Shown: positions 15,684-25,015 of the stretch, piece after piece
Position numbering within the stretch: position 1 is the stretch's first letter
Layout: every line of letters starts with the position of its first letter
Virus record (IMG/VR): IMGVR_UViG_3300044820_000029
Location: 1-53,796 of that record
Length of the DNA stretch: 53,796 bases
DNA from: a virus
Taxonomy: Duplodnaviria > Caudoviricetes
Reading direction: 5' to 3' (one strand)
Translations under genes and position numbers: made by a program
Notes under the pieces: model-generated
The model's database searches: none
Told to the model about the DNA's origin: nothing
Seen by the model: the letters and a program-made list of their open reading frames with translations, nothing else

Positions 15684-16258
15684 TTCTGCCACCATCGCTT
15701 TTTAACGACCTGGTTGGGCGTCGGTGCGGGCGGCTCGGGCAGGGTGGCGGCGATCGACTTCGCCGACGGTTTGTTCTCCGCCAGACCCGCCAAGCACATC
15801 TTGCGTTCCGCCGCGCGCCGGTTGGTCAGACCCTTGACCACGCGCCCGCCGGCCCGATTCCACGCCATCAGCGCGTCACAGCCGCCGCGGATGTCGCCGG
15901 CGTTCATCTTGCGGACCACCGTGGATTTGCACGCGCCGGCCGAACCGACGTTGTAGGCAAACGTCACCAGCGCGGCGCGCGTGGCGTCCGGCAATTCACG
16001 GGTGATGCATTGGCCAATTTCGGCATCGTATCGACGCAGCTTGACGGCGAGCAGATCGGCCCAATATTTTTCGGAATGCGTCTCACCGACCTTGACGTTT
16101 TCGGTTTCGCCGTAGCCGCCGGTCGGCGGATGGCCGGTGCCGATCCAGTCGATTTTGACCGTCGGCCAATAGCCTTCGTATGCCTTGGTCGCCGGCAGCG
16201 CCATGGCGATTGCGGCGGCGGTCGCGACGGTGATGGTTGTTTTGTGACCGTTTTTCAT
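15680..16258 (-). CDS. Endolysin, GH24 lysozyme with probable SAR domain
   Basis: Ala-rich weakly hydrophobic N-terminus, E-x8-D catalytic spacing, FAYNVG, GLTNRRAAE. Confidence 0.92.
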   Translation of the reverse strand: MKNGHKTTITVATAAAIAMALPATKAYEGYWPTVKIDWIGTGHPPTGGYGETENVKVGETHSEKYWADLLAVKLRRYDAEIGQCITRELPDATRAALVTFAYNVGSAGACKSTVVRKMNAGDIRGGCDALMAWNRAGGRVVKGLTNRRAAERKMCLAGLAENKPSAKSIAATLPEPPAPTPNQVVKKRWWQK

Positions 16259-16488
16259 TGGTCATCACCATCGTCAGGAGTTGCTTGCTTGATGAGCCGC
16301 AGCGGGATCAGCACGACGTTTGCGAACACGGTGACGGCGAACAGCAGCCACGGATTGAACACGTCGACGAAAAATGAAGCGCACCCGGCGATCGATCCGA
16401 ACACCGCAATTGCCAGCGATATCCGGATCGACCAAAGCCGGTGCAGTTCGTTTTTCCAGTTGGGGATCATGTGCAATGACATGCGCAA
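16255..16488 (-). CDS. Putative holin
   Basis: Two TM segments, IPNWK..LWSIR; immediately upstream of the endolysin. Confidence 0.7.
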   Translation of the reverse strand: MRMSLHMIPNWKNELHRLWSIRISLAIAVFGSIAGCASFFVDVFNPWLLFAVTVFANVVLIPLRLIKQATPDDGDDQ

Positions 16489-16532
16489 AACCTAACTGGT
16501 TTATTGTAAACTTTCGGTTAGTGCCTGCGGCA

Positions 16533-16805
16533 CTACGCGTAAGTCAGTTTCTCCTCCGGCGTCGCCGTGATCGCATTGATCAGGCTGAGATTGGTAGTCT
16601 GGTCGTTGGTTGCGATCGGAGCGTCCGTGAAATCGACACCGATGATCGTGCCGGACGGGACGCTTGGCCACACCCAGAACGGATTGCCGACGCCGGGGTG
16701 CGACTTTGCCAAGATCGCGGCAGCAGTCAGATTTGGGGTGGTCCAGCTACGAATGACGGTTTCGCCGTTCACTTGTTCTTCGCAAATCAATTTAGCCATG
16801 CTCAT
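16533..16805 (-). CDS. Hypothetical protein
   Basis: ORF with AGGA RBS after the tail fibre cluster. Confidence 0.65.
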   Translation of the reverse strand: MSMAKLICEEQVNGETVIRSWTTPNLTAAAILAKSHPGVGNPFWVWPSVPSGTIIGVDFTDAPIATNDQTTNLSLINAITATPEEKLTYA

Positions 16806-16818
16806 ATCCTTCGTTTCC

Positions 16819-17124
16819 TTAGAGTGAAGTTACAATGACGTCCAGACGTGAAGCGTCCGTGAGGACTCCCGCAATATTTCTTGTCTCCACGACACAGTAA
16901 TCGGTCGTGTTTTCGATCGTTTTGCATTCGACGCTGTCGCGAACGTAAACGAACGACCCGGCCGGGATCGGGTTCAAATACATGAACATGATGTGCCCGA
17001 CGTCGAGATAGAGCGCGGCGAGGATGTTGTAAGACTTGCCGATCGCCGCGACATCGCCGTCTCTGACGACCACGCCAAACGCCGCCGCGGTCGTGTCTGG
17101 TTTCGTTGAAATCGAATCTACCAT
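16819..17124 (-). CDS. Hypothetical protein (possible fibre-associated)
   Basis: ORF directly downstream of the long fibre gene. Confidence 0.7.
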   Translation of the reverse strand: MVDSISTKPDTTAAAFGVVVRDGDVAAIGKSYNILAALYLDVGHIMFMYLNPIPAGSFVYVRDSVECKTIENTTDYCVVETRNIAGVLTDASRLDVIVTSL

Positions 17125-17136
17125 GGACTTGAAGCC

Positions 17137-20100
17137 TTAATGCACGCTCAGTGTTACGCCATAAATCGGGATGTTCTTGTTATTTAGCGTCTTGACGCGC
17201 GCGGCACATGACGTGCCGCCAGTGGTCGCCTGGTCGACTGTCTCGGCAACTTTGTTCCCGCCCTGACCATAGGACGTGACGGCGGACAGCGATGCTGCGG
17301 TCCAAGTCGTGCCGCCGTTGCATGTCACTTCGACGGTCAAATCGGTGTTCAGCGTCGGCACTGCTGTGTTGTCGAATTCGATCAGCACGCGGCCATTGCT
17401 GACCGTAGCGTCGGCGGTCTGCGCAGCCGTCACTAGGGTCATGTTGTTGTATGTGGTAGAGCCAGCGGCGATTTTGAATTCGAACTCCTCATAGGAGGCG
17501 TCGGTCCCGGTCGTCGATCCAACCTTCGTCATGCGCAGGTAGGTTGCTCCAGATGCCGGCCACCCGGTAACAGATTGCGTCTGCGTCGCAGAACTCCATG
17601 TAAAGGTGTTCCCATCTGTCCACGTCGTTCCGTCGTTTGACCACTGCCATTTCCATGAGCCATTACTAAGTGACCTATCAGCATAAATTTTCACTTCATC
17701 AATGTACTTTGCCGACCCAAAGTAGAACTGAAAATAGTTCCCATCGACGAAGGAAGGGGCTCCGTTCGTTACGTAGGCGTTTGTAGTGTTGGCGGCGGCG
17801 CTTCCGTCGACAAGAGACGTCGCTGTCGATCCCCCATAACCAAATATTGCAGGAACTGACGCGGTCACAGTTATCGATCCAGTCCGCGCCCCCGTTCCAC
17901 CGGCATTTGCATATGACGTCGATGGAACCGTTTGAGATGGCGAAACCTTGCCGTTCGAAGCCGCGAATGACGTATCGACGTTCGATGATGACCCTGTATT
18001 GATACCGCGCAGCGCGTCGGACGAAGCCTTGAACCCCGTGGCGAATAGGTTCACGCCCTTTCGGATATCGCCAAGCATTTTCGACTGATAAATTCTGTCG
18101 ATGAGCACATTCTGGCGTTCGTCGGCGGTCGCGCCGCTTCCGCCACCCCCCGTCTGAGTAATCCACGTCCCGCCCGCGCCGAGCACTTTACCAGCGGCAG
18201 CGTCGCCGGCGCCCGGCGCAGGAACAAGACCCTTCGTACCGCCGGATCCTGAGTCGCCAACCACGGTGTTCAGCAGTGCAGTTGCTTGCGTGGCGGTCAG
18301 CGCTTCAACGTTGCCGGTGCTCGCGGTCGTGCGCCCGAGGAACGTGGCGGTCGCCACGGTCGCCATCATCCCGAGCGTGACCTTGTTGGCACCGATCGTC
18401 GTAGCAAACGACCCCGTGCCTGATCCGGTGATATCTCCGGTCAGGGTGATGGTCTGGTCGCCGGTATTTGTGCCGGAATGCGTACCGCCGTTGATCGTCG
18501 GATTGCCGCCGAGCGTGATGGTCCGATCGGCGTTGCCCAGCACCCACGAAATAGTATGGTTTGCGGTGAGAACTTCCGAGCTGGCGAATTTCAGGTCGAA
18601 CGCAGCGCCGGTTGAGCGGATACCGAGACTGGTCAGGGCGTCGTGCGTGCCGCCCGTCATCGCAGCGTTGTTTGCAAACACCAGTGCGCCGGAGCCGGTT
18701 TCGTCCGAAATGACGCCGGCCAGTTCCGCCGAAGTCGTCGCGGCGAACGCGGACAGCTTATTGGCAACATACGCGACCGTTCCGCCTGCGCCGAGCGCAA
18801 CGCTACTGCCGTCCGTTCCGGTGAGCGTGAGTGTGCTGTTTACTGTCAACGTCTTGCCGGAGCCGAACGTCAGCGTGCCCGTTCCGGAAGTCAAGGTGTT
18901 GCCGTTATAGGTCTTATTCGTCAGAGCCTGCGTATCGGTCGTGCCGACCACTGTGCCAGTCGGCAGCGCCTTACCACTGTCCTGAATCAGCTTTCCGGAC
19001 GTGCCGTTAAATGTGGCGATATTCGCCGACGTGGCGGACGCCGGGCCGACCACAGCGCCGTCGATATTGACCTGGATAACGTCCCAATTCGCGCCGACAG
19101 CAGCTTGTGTACCGGCCGACGTACTGTCAACCGTGCAAATCAAAATATCGCCGGCCTCAACAACCGTTCCGCTCGCACCACCAATCTTGCCGGCGACAGA
19201 CACGCGATAGGTCGCGCCCGCATCGGCCGCGGGATAATTCGGGTTCGCCGAGCAATCAATCGTGCCTTTGAACAGCATGACGTCCAGCGCGGCAACCCGA
19301 GCCGCCACATAGCTCACGATCGCCTTTTGCGACGCAACTCGCGTATCGCTGTTCGCCGCCAGCGTGCCGTCGGTGTCCACGACGTTCGTGGCGAACATCG
19401 CCGTCGTCAGGTTCGTAATCGTGTTGTTCGCGGCGTCAACCGACTTGTTGGTCAACGTCTCGGCGCCGGCGCGCGTTGCGAGCGTGCCCGTCGTCGGGAA
19501 CGTGACGGTCGTAGTGCCAGACATCGTGAAGGTCGAACCATACGCGCCGACCGTGGTCAACGCACCAGCAAGCGTCACGTCGCCAGCGAGCGAAACAGCA
19601 CGGTTTGCGTCGCCAACCGTCAACAAAATCATGCGGTCCGCAGTCAACGCTTCGGCGGTCGCCAATTTCAGATCCTTGGTTGCGCCAGTCGAACGAATGC
19701 CGAGACTGGTCACGGCGTCGTGCGTGCCGCCGGTAATTGCCGGAGCGCTCAGCGCAGCGTTCGTTGCACGCGCGACCGCTCCGGACCCTGTATAACCTTC
19801 GGACAGATTGGCAACGCTCGGCTGTGCGTGTAGCAGATTGCCCGACGTGTCCATTCCGGTGACGAAGTGGTTCGATACCGGAACGAGCGAATATACGCCG
19901 CCAAGCGAAATCGTCGTCGGCGCAGGCACGGACGAAATGATCTTGAAGCGCTTACCGTCCGCGGAGATAATGCACGCCAGACCGTCGTCGGGAGTCGTGA
20001 CATCTGCAACATCCTGCAGATAGGTCACGCCGTTCGTTTTCAGCACGACGACAAGTTGACCAGCAAGGTTCGTGGTCTGGATTTCCGCGACGTTGGCAAG

Positions 20101-20202
20101 CACCTGCGGCACGCGGGCTTTCGCCCAGCTGATCAAGTCCGATTTGCTTACGTTCGTTGTACCGGCGAGACCGCCGACCTGTTCAACGGGGTTCGCGGTC
20201 AT
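17137..20202 (-). CDS. Long tail fibre / receptor-binding protein
   Basis: 1021 aa, Thr/Gly/Ala-rich; internal duplication GGTHDA(V/L)TSLGIRSTGA; C-terminal discoidin-like segment (WQWSNDGTTWT). Confidence 0.85.
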   Translation of the reverse strand: MTANPVEQVGGLAGTTNVSKSDLISWAKARVPQVLANVAEIQTTNLAGQLVVVLKTNGVTYLQDVADVTTPDDGLACIISADGKRFKIISSVPAPTTISLGGVYSLVPVSNHFVTGMDTSGNLLHAQPSVANLSEGYTGSGAVARATNAALSAPAITGGTHDAVTSLGIRSTGATKDLKLATAEALTADRMILLTVGDANRAVSLAGDVTLAGALTTVGAYGSTFTMSGTTTVTFPTTGTLATRAGAETLTNKSVDAANNTITNLTTAMFATNVVDTDGTLAANSDTRVASQKAIVSYVAARVAALDVMLFKGTIDCSANPNYPAADAGATYRVSVAGKIGGASGTVVEAGDILICTVDSTSAGTQAAVGANWDVIQVNIDGAVVGPASATSANIATFNGTSGKLIQDSGKALPTGTVVGTTDTQALTNKTYNGNTLTSGTGTLTFGSGKTLTVNSTLTLTGTDGSSVALGAGGTVAYVANKLSAFAATTSAELAGVISDETGSGALVFANNAAMTGGTHDALTSLGIRSTGAAFDLKFASSEVLTANHTISWVLGNADRTITLGGNPTINGGTHSGTNTGDQTITLTGDITGSGTGSFATTIGANKVTLGMMATVATATFLGRTTASTGNVEALTATQATALLNTVVGDSGSGGTKGLVPAPGAGDAAAGKVLGAGGTWITQTGGGGSGATADERQNVLIDRIYQSKMLGDIRKGVNLFATGFKASSDALRGINTGSSSNVDTSFAASNGKVSPSQTVPSTSYANAGGTGARTGSITVTASVPAIFGYGGSTATSLVDGSAAANTTNAYVTNGAPSFVDGNYFQFYFGSAKYIDEVKIYADRSLSNGSWKWQWSNDGTTWTDGNTFTWSSATQTQSVTGWPASGATYLRMTKVGSTTGTDASYEEFEFKIAAGSTTYNNMTLVTAAQTADATVSNGRVLIEFDNTAVPTLNTDLTVEVTCNGGTTWTAASLSAVTSYGQGGNKVAETVDQATTGGTSCAARVKTLNNKNIPIYGVTLSVH

Positions 20203-21569
20203 GTTTTTCGATATCCATAAAGCGATACACGCCCAGCGGCAAAATTGCCGGAGCTAGGTGTAATACCTAATGCTGATATTGGGGTCGCAGAAGTATAGAA
20301 GCCGGTTCCATTTACGTTGATGGTGTCAAGGTTCGTGGCGATGTAATTGATATCCCACTGCAAAAGCGTATAATCGCTGCTGTCCGGATTACTAAATCTC
20401 ATTGTTCCAGACATCGATTTTCCAGCGGAATTACCGAGTGCCTGACTTCCTCCGGGTGAGACCAACAGACTGATATTTGACGCACTTCCTGTACTTCGTG
20501 CAGTTACTCCACCACCAACTAATATGCAGGATGACCACCGATAATCGGACGTTCCAGAGTGGTCGACTTGACTACCTATCGGACCCGTTGAGACGATTGC
20601 TCGGATATCAACATCGTTAGTGTTTGTTTTGATACTCGAAAACCGAACTTCAAAGTCGTCGTAAACATCTGTCTGCGGGATCTGGATTCGATAGAAAGTC
20701 CCTGACACAATTCCAGTTGACAACAACACCAGTGCGTTGTTTACCGCGTCCCACGATGTCCCAGTGAAAGTAATCGCCTTTAACAGCGATTTGTCGTAGA
20801 CAGTGTCGCCAGCGACCGGCGCGATGATGGTGTACGATCCGGCGGTGAGGCATGTTGCCAGTTTGCCGGCATTGCCCGCCCATGATCCGGTAGGGCTCGG
20901 GCCGATAATGTAGCTGACCCCCGCGCTCGGCGAAGCCGGCGGCGCATTGGTCGTCTGATTTTCAACCTTGATGACGGACGATGCGTTCGCGCCGAGAATA
21001 TTCTGCAGCGTTACGCTGTTCGCACCGAGTGCAACCGACCCGACACCCGCTGTCCACGCGCCGGACGTATTACGGTGATAGACGGTCGTTTCATCTTCAA
21101 CATAGAGAAAACGGCCGATCGGCGAGACCGCGAAGCGCCATCCGGCTGCGGTGAAAATTCCGATCTTGCCGTCCTTACCTGCCCAATCGGCGCCAGTCGC
21201 CGCTGTCGGGATCAAATAGCGATCACCAACCGATGGGCTCGCCGGCTGCGCGGTCGTGCCGCGGGTTAGAACCGAATACGGCGGGACGATCGTGCCGGAC
21301 TTGAATCGCTTGTTGTCGAACGACACAAGGCACGTCACGCCGTCGTGCGTGGTCGTGCTATCGGTGCTGTCATAGGCAAATAGGGTGGAATTCTGAATCA
21401 GGTAAAGCGGGACAACACCGGACGTCGGATCGGCTGCAACCAAAGCCTGCGCATCTTCTGTCGCACCGAGCGCGTAGGCAAACCGCCGCTCGCACATCGC
21501 GCGAATCAACGCCGCATCGGCGTTCGATCCGGCAGGCAACGCCGCAACAGCTTCATGGTTGACTGACAT
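20199..21569 (-). CDS. Tail fibre protein with two DUF2793-like repeats
   Basis: PASPSVGDRYLIP...WAGKDGKI and PASPSAGVSYIIG...WAGNAGKL. Confidence 0.8.
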   Translation of the reverse strand: MSVNHEAVAALPAGSNADAALIRAMCERRFAYALGATEDAQALVAADPTSGVVPLYLIQNSTLFAYDSTDSTTTHDGVTCLVSFDNKRFKSGTIVPPYSVLTRGTTAQPASPSVGDRYLIPTAATGADWAGKDGKIGIFTAAGWRFAVSPIGRFLYVEDETTVYHRNTSGAWTAGVGSVALGANSVTLQNILGANASSVIKVENQTTNAPPASPSAGVSYIIGPSPTGSWAGNAGKLATCLTAGSYTIIAPVAGDTVYDKSLLKAITFTGTSWDAVNNALVLLSTGIVSGTFYRIQIPQTDVYDDFEVRFSSIKTNTNDVDIRAIVSTGPIGSQVDHSGTSDYRWSSCILVGGGVTARSTGSASNISLLVSPGGSQALGNSAGKSMSGTMRFSNPDSSDYTLLQWDINYIATNLDTINVNGTGFYTSATPISALGITPSSGNFAAGRVSLYGYRKT

Positions 21570-21594
21570 TTACGCGGAACTCCAAGGTTTATTG

Positions 21595-23739
21595 TCAACC
21601 ATTCGTGTTAATATTGGCTAAAACGAATTCCTGTTCGTCGATTTCCGGGTTCCAGTATTCGACAGATGGGTCGTACCGCGTGAGCGCGAGCGCCAGCGTC
21701 GTGCAGTCGTCGGCAAATCCGACCGCCGTGACCATGTACGCGCCATTCGCCTTTGCGAACAATACGCTGTCGAAATTGACGACTTGACCGACCAACTCCT
21801 CCTGCGCGTTGACTGCAGCGATTGCCATCAGACGAACGTCGACCGTGCAGGTGATCGTGCCGTTCAGTCGGGTGGACAGCAAAAACGCCTTTTGAAGCCG
21901 CTGCGCGCGTCGGTGATCTGTGGTATAATTGAGCGCGAGCGTTGCCTGCAGGGTTTGGCCGTCGGTCGCGGCGAGGTCGGTGCGGTTCAGGATCGGGCCG
22001 TCGACCACCTGATATTCCTGGTCCGGCACAACGAACCGAACCTGCAGCCGGTTGACCCGATCGACCTTCTGCTTTGCTGCCTGGTAGGTAATTCCCCCGG
22101 CGACGATCCGATCGTGAATTGTCGCGATGGCTGTTTTCGGCCGCGCCGATTCGATCCACACGCTACCACCGCTTTCCAGCAACATTGCGCGGTTTGCAGT
22201 CAACAAGTCCTGCATGACGTTGTAGGGCTGCTGGTTGAGTATGATCACGCCGTCGATTGTGTTACGGCGGATCATTGTGCCGTCTTTGCATCCGATCAGA
22301 TCATCATCGTAATTGGCCGAGTCGATTGTTTTGTCCCAGCGGATTTTCGACATTGGAATTTTTCCGCCGAACGAGCGAGTCAAATACCAAGTCTGCACCA
22401 GCGTCGCGTTGTTGGTAAATTTCCAGGTACTTTCGTCTGACATGTTTTGTGTCGGGTCGCGCGGGTCGTAGCAGACGGCACCGGCGACCACAGCATAGGT
22501 GCTCGGGCGAGCGACTTGACCCCATAGCGCGGTAAACGCGGCTTGCGTGGTCGCGCTATTGTCGGTGCCGCCGTAGCTGAATTCGTAGGTAATCGTGGCG
22601 TTTCCGCGCTGCCGGAATTCAGCGCCGACGTTCGGGTAACGTGCAAGAATCAATGGATCCGCCGCTTGGTCGGTCGCACCATATCGAACCGAAACGCGAA
22701 GATTCGACGGGTAATCCGGTTGATCGATTGTAGAAATCGGTAATATAATTCCGGGTGAGATAGCGGAAAAGCTCAATTTGTTCGTACCAACGTATATTGC
22801 TTGCACGCTGGAAATCTTGCCGTAGTTGATCAAAACCCCCATGGTCAGGTACGGAGCCGTCACCTGTTCGAAGAACAGCGCGCCGCCGACATAGGCCGTT
22901 CCGACAATTACGCGCTTGTAAGGAATCGCCTGCCGTTCGGTGACTTGCGCGCCTTTGAGCGGTGAAATATCGCTAATGCTACCGTAGTCACCGGTTGACC
23001 CGCCGCTGGTCAGACTGTCCCCTTTGGATGGCTGCAACAGTGATGACACCATTGAAACGCCGACCGACAATGCGACGGAGGCTGCGGCGAGTGCGACGTA
23101 ACCAACAACCGCCGCAGCCGTTGTGCTTGCTGCAACACCGAAAAATCCGAACACAGCCAAACCAATCGACACCGGTTCGTGACAAGCCCGATCCAGCGAC
23201 ACGCGCGGACCGGCCTGCGCAAGCAGCGCATCCGGCAACACTGACCACGCACACGCAACGTTCTCGGCGCGCAGCGCGGTGAACCCGCCTTCGTTGCGGC
23301 CGACGAACCACCCGCGCGCCCGGCAAATCACCGTGGCAAGGACCAGCACGTCCTTGGTGCCGCGACGTCGGACCGATAGTCCGGTTTCCTCATCGATGTC
23401 CGTAACCCAGCACGGAATGGTGGTGGGCGTCCATGCCAATCCAGCATCGCCCGGTTGGGCAAGGTCGGGGCGAATGCGCCGCCACCGGTGCCGGCGAGCG
23501 ATGCCCTTCAACTGCCCGAGCAGGCCGGCGCGGCCGGTGACACGCATCGACCCGCGTCGCGTCTTGTAGCGTCCGCGGACCTTTGCGGCTGGATCATAGC
23601 CGAGCACATCGCGATGAATATTCGCCACCCACAGCGCGCAATCGTCCACGCCCCACTGCATGGCAGTTTCCGCCGACGCATCCTGCGCGGCTGCGATGGC
23701 GCTGGAAAATTGTTCACGTTTGCTCACACCGGAGTCCAC
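21595..23739 (-). CDS. Tail tip / central tail protein fused to an N-terminal NlpC/P60-like (DUF6950) domain
   Basis: WGVDDCALWVA and AQPGDAG at the N-terminus, then a hydrophobic segment, VIVGTAYVGG, YDPRDP, WKFTNNA. Confidence 0.8.
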   Translation of the reverse strand: MDSGVSKREQFSSAIAAAQDASAETAMQWGVDDCALWVANIHRDVLGYDPAAKVRGRYKTRRGSMRVTGRAGLLGQLKGIARRHRWRRIRPDLAQPGDAGLAWTPTTIPCWVTDIDEETGLSVRRRGTKDVLVLATVICRARGWFVGRNEGGFTALRAENVACAWSVLPDALLAQAGPRVSLDRACHEPVSIGLAVFGFFGVAASTTAAAVVGYVALAAASVALSVGVSMVSSLLQPSKGDSLTSGGSTGDYGSISDISPLKGAQVTERQAIPYKRVIVGTAYVGGALFFEQVTAPYLTMGVLINYGKISSVQAIYVGTNKLSFSAISPGIILPISTIDQPDYPSNLRVSVRYGATDQAADPLILARYPNVGAEFRQRGNATITYEFSYGGTDNSATTQAAFTALWGQVARPSTYAVVAGAVCYDPRDPTQNMSDESTWKFTNNATLVQTWYLTRSFGGKIPMSKIRWDKTIDSANYDDDLIGCKDGTMIRRNTIDGVIILNQQPYNVMQDLLTANRAMLLESGGSVWIESARPKTAIATIHDRIVAGGITYQAAKQKVDRVNRLQVRFVVPDQEYQVVDGPILNRTDLAATDGQTLQATLALNYTTDHRRAQRLQKAFLLSTRLNGTITCTVDVRLMAIAAVNAQEELVGQVVNFDSVLFAKANGAYMVTAVGFADDCTTLALALTRYDPSVEYWNPEIDEQEFVLANINTNG

Positions 23740-24278
23740 TGCAAATTGGAATTGACCAGGGTCGGGATCATGTCCATCCCGGTGTCATCGGGGTAAACCG
23801 ACTTTTGATTTTCCGGTGTCCACGCTTCCTCAATCGCTCGAGCTAGTGTGTAAAATCCGGCGTGTGCGGTGATTTCGACAGTGCATGTGCCGTCGGAGTC
23901 GACCTTGAATGTCTGATAATCCAGCGACGAATCGATCAGTTTGTAGGGGTCCGGAATAATCGTGCCGTCGTAGTTGAGGCAGTACAGCCACACCGAACCG
24001 TTGCGGTTCAGCACGTCGTCCGACAATCCCTCAACGATGGCGGTGTCTACGCCGCTGATCGAAAAGGTGATGTCTTGGACAGCGATATCGGACGTGTGCT
24101 TGATTGGCGTGATTTTGCCGAACGTGCCGACGCCGGCCCACATGTGCCCGTTCCAATCGATCGATCCGACACCAGAATGGAAATAGCCGGTGCCGTCCGG
24201 ATGATCGATCGCCACGAAAAACCCGCGCGGGCTGTCGTCCTGCATCGCCGCGGCCATTCGTGCGGTCATTAACGTCAT
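23724..24278 (-). CDS. Minor tail protein
   Basis: HSGVGSIDWNGHMWAGVG, WTPENQK..YPDDTG; position in the tail operon. Confidence 0.8.
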   Translation of the reverse strand: MTLMTARMAAAMQDDSPRGFFVAIDHPDGTGYFHSGVGSIDWNGHMWAGVGTFGKITPIKHTSDIAVQDITFSISGVDTAIVEGLSDDVLNRNGSVWLYCLNYDGTIIPDPYKLIDSSLDYQTFKVDSDGTCTVEITAHAGFYTLARAIEEAWTPENQKSVYPDDTGMDMIPTLVNSNLQWTPV

Positions 24279-25015
24279 GGCACCATGTCCAACGCTTCGA
24301 CCAACGAGCCGCCGGTCGTGCCAAACTGTCCGCCGGTTTGTTCGATCTTGAACTGTGAATCGTCCGCCATCCGAAAGACGCTGGACGCGAGCCGCAGCGA
24401 TACGGTGTCGCCGGCCGCGACGGCCTGCCGCAGCGCGGGTTCGATCGTGATGCCGACCTGTCCGGATGAATTGGTGTCGCCGCCGAGTGTTGCTTTGTAC
24501 AGGTGCGGAAAATCGGCGCGGATACCGTTCGGCCGAATCTCGAGCAAATCGCCGGCGCGTAGGGCGTTCGGCAGCGACGCGGGCAAACCGCTCAGTACCA
24601 AATAGCGCGTGCCCTTGTTCGCGGCGGTCGCGATCTGGATTTCCGGCGGCAGATAGCCGGACGCAAAGCCGGTGCCATCCGTGAAGGTCGTTCCGTCGGT
24701 GAACGTGGAGCGGGTCGCCGCAAGATGGCGATCGTACCATGGGCGCTGCCGCAACGAGTTCGTCACCCTGACCAGCCCGGCTCGGCCGCGCAGCCTGGTA
24801 AAAAATACTTCCAAATCTTGCAACACCGGATCTGGGATTGATGGCTTGAACGAAATGTCGGTTAGCCACAGTTGCGTGTGCGGACCGGACGGTTTTCCGG
24901 TCGTGCCTGCCCATGACGTCGGCGCCGATTGGTTGATCGATCGCAAGTCGAACGACTGCGACACGATCAGATTGTCGTACCATTCCGCCGGAAATTCATA
25001 AATTGGCAGGGTCAT
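24275..25015 (-). CDS. Distal tail-like protein
   Basis: Follows the tape measure; RLRGRAG, ITIEPALR. Confidence 0.75.
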   Translation of the reverse strand: MTLPIYEFPAEWYDNLIVSQSFDLRSINQSAPTSWAGTTGKPSGPHTQLWLTDISFKPSIPDPVLQDLEVFFTRLRGRAGLVRVTNSLRQRPWYDRHLAATRSTFTDGTTFTDGTGFASGYLPPEIQIATAANKGTRYLVLSGLPASLPNALRAGDLLEIRPNGIRADFPHLYKATLGGDTNSSGQVGITIEPALRQAVAAGDTVSLRLASSVFRMADDSQFKIEQTGGQFGTTGGSLVEALDMVP

